Origin: Vicugna vicugna
Lineage: Eukaryota
DNA length: 64,000 nucleotides
Direction of reading: 5' to 3'
Assembly: GCA_013265495.1 (NCBI GenBank)
Contig: MU058423.1
Span: forward strand, 9,905,627-9,969,626
In this document: in pieces, positions 62,936 through 64,000 of the stretch
How the letters are laid out: each line of letters opens with the position of its first letter
How positions within the stretch are numbered: position 1 is the first letter of the stretch
Translations under genes and position numbers: made by a program
The notes under the pieces: generated by a model
What the model was told of the DNA's origin: nothing
The model's input: only the letters and a program-made list of their open reading frames with translations
Databases searched by the model: none

Positions 62936-64000
62936 ATAACGAGGCTATATTCATGAGAAATTGTGTAACTAAATCATTATAATGTTTTAAAATGGTTCAG
63001 TGGTTTTCAGCTGCTCTCCAAGGAGACCTTTGGTCATGCTTCCTTGTATTGACTGCCGATATGTTCAGATTGACCGATGTCTCTTGGAGAAATTTTCCCA
63101 GAGTAATTTCAATCCCTGTGCCCTTTCCTTCTGACTCACACAAACCTTTTGAGAGTGTTTGGTTTATTTTCTCTGCACAGAGACCTTGGTTGTGGCTCAC
63201 ATGCCTTTACTTATGCCTCACGCCCTGGGTCCTGCTTCCCTTGGCACCCCTGTGGTCATCTCCTTTTCAGGTCCTGTCTGTCCTGGGGCCCTGACACGAG
63301 CTGTGGGCAGGTGGCTCTCATTTACGGGATCCACAGTCCCACCCACAGAAAACCCCAGGGAGCCAACTTTCTTCTTCAGCACCATCACTCCTCCTTTCCA
63401 AACTCATCCTTTCCTGCTTCCTGCCTTCAGCAGCCCAAGTATCTCAAACAGAATCTTCAGTGGTGCTGGTTTCAGGAGGTCTCCAAACACACAAAGACAC
63501 TATTCATTACTTTTGAGGGTCCGAGAAAACAGAAGTCTGCCTCTCCTTCTAGGAAATGGAGATGGAAACATTTACGTATTCATTAGCTTTACTCTCCTTT
63601 ATTGGCAGCAGTAAAGTAGAATTAATGTTTTAACAGCTGTGTCACTGAGAGTGAAAACTAGATACAGTAACATTTTAGGCATGTCTACTAGCTATAGTAT
63701 AAATAGATCGAGTTTGAAGGATGTCACCAAAGGACAATAAAAATTTTTCTTTGCCAATAAAAAGTTCAGTGGTGCAGAAATGGCTAAAATCTTATATGAT
63801 CCCAGTAATATCCCCAAATTTCGAAGAGTGAGGATAAGAGATAGGAGCAACCTCTGTTAGAACGAGGAGTCTATTCTATTTAGAGCTCAATTCAGCACCT
63901 TGGACCATCAGGGTTAGCAAATAGGCAAATACACACCAAAAGAAAGCCTTCAGAAGAGAGCAACAGACTCTCCTCTGATCAGGCTTCTCATTAATATGGG

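Larger units (their letters stand above)
1..64000 (+). other. PLPPR5: Internal part of the PLPPR5 gene (intron 1 to intron 5)
   Basis: Four in-frame exons match the recalled PLPPR5 protein from IIVGETAVFC to PLEKVTSVQ. The N-terminal exon and the last exon (NHITAFAEVT*) were not found in the window. Confidence 0.95.

Noticed and set aside
62992..63614. Three overlapping ORFs (100-151 aa), checked as a possible last PLPPR5 exon
   Set aside because: None contains the expected terminal NHITAFAEVT-like peptide or any recognisable protein.
1..64000. Prokaryote-style systems (CRISPR arrays, operons, defence islands) or endogenous viral genes
   Set aside because: No regularly spaced repeat-spacer arrays, no long ORFs and no viral protein similarity seen. 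The sequence is typical mammalian intron.

Overview
Mammalian genomic DNA, most likely a camelid (inferred from tRNA-Ala-derived Vic-1-type SINEs). The whole window lies inside the neuronal gene PLPPR5 (LPPR5/PRG-5) on the + strand. Four internal coding exons are present (16034-16166, 21744-21994, 50476-50652, 58468-58602). All have AG/GT ends and splice into one continuous frame, and the first and last exons lie outside the window. The introns hold a processed ARPC3 pseudogene, a full-length decayed Tigger1 transposon, two young 5'-truncated L1 insertions with target-site duplications (TSDs), camelid SINEs and many old MIR, L2, CR1, MLT1 and hAT repeats. Most ORF-track entries are chance ORFs. 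I see no convincing evidence of a previously undescribed biological system. The best leads are modest: a tandem 5' splice donor, sense-strand retro-insertions carrying poly(A) signals, an unidentified poly(A)-tailed insert nested in an old L1, a CpG-rich exon 3, and candidate REST, CTCF and hairpin elements. Repeat family names and reference proteins come from recalled consensus sequences, not database searches.
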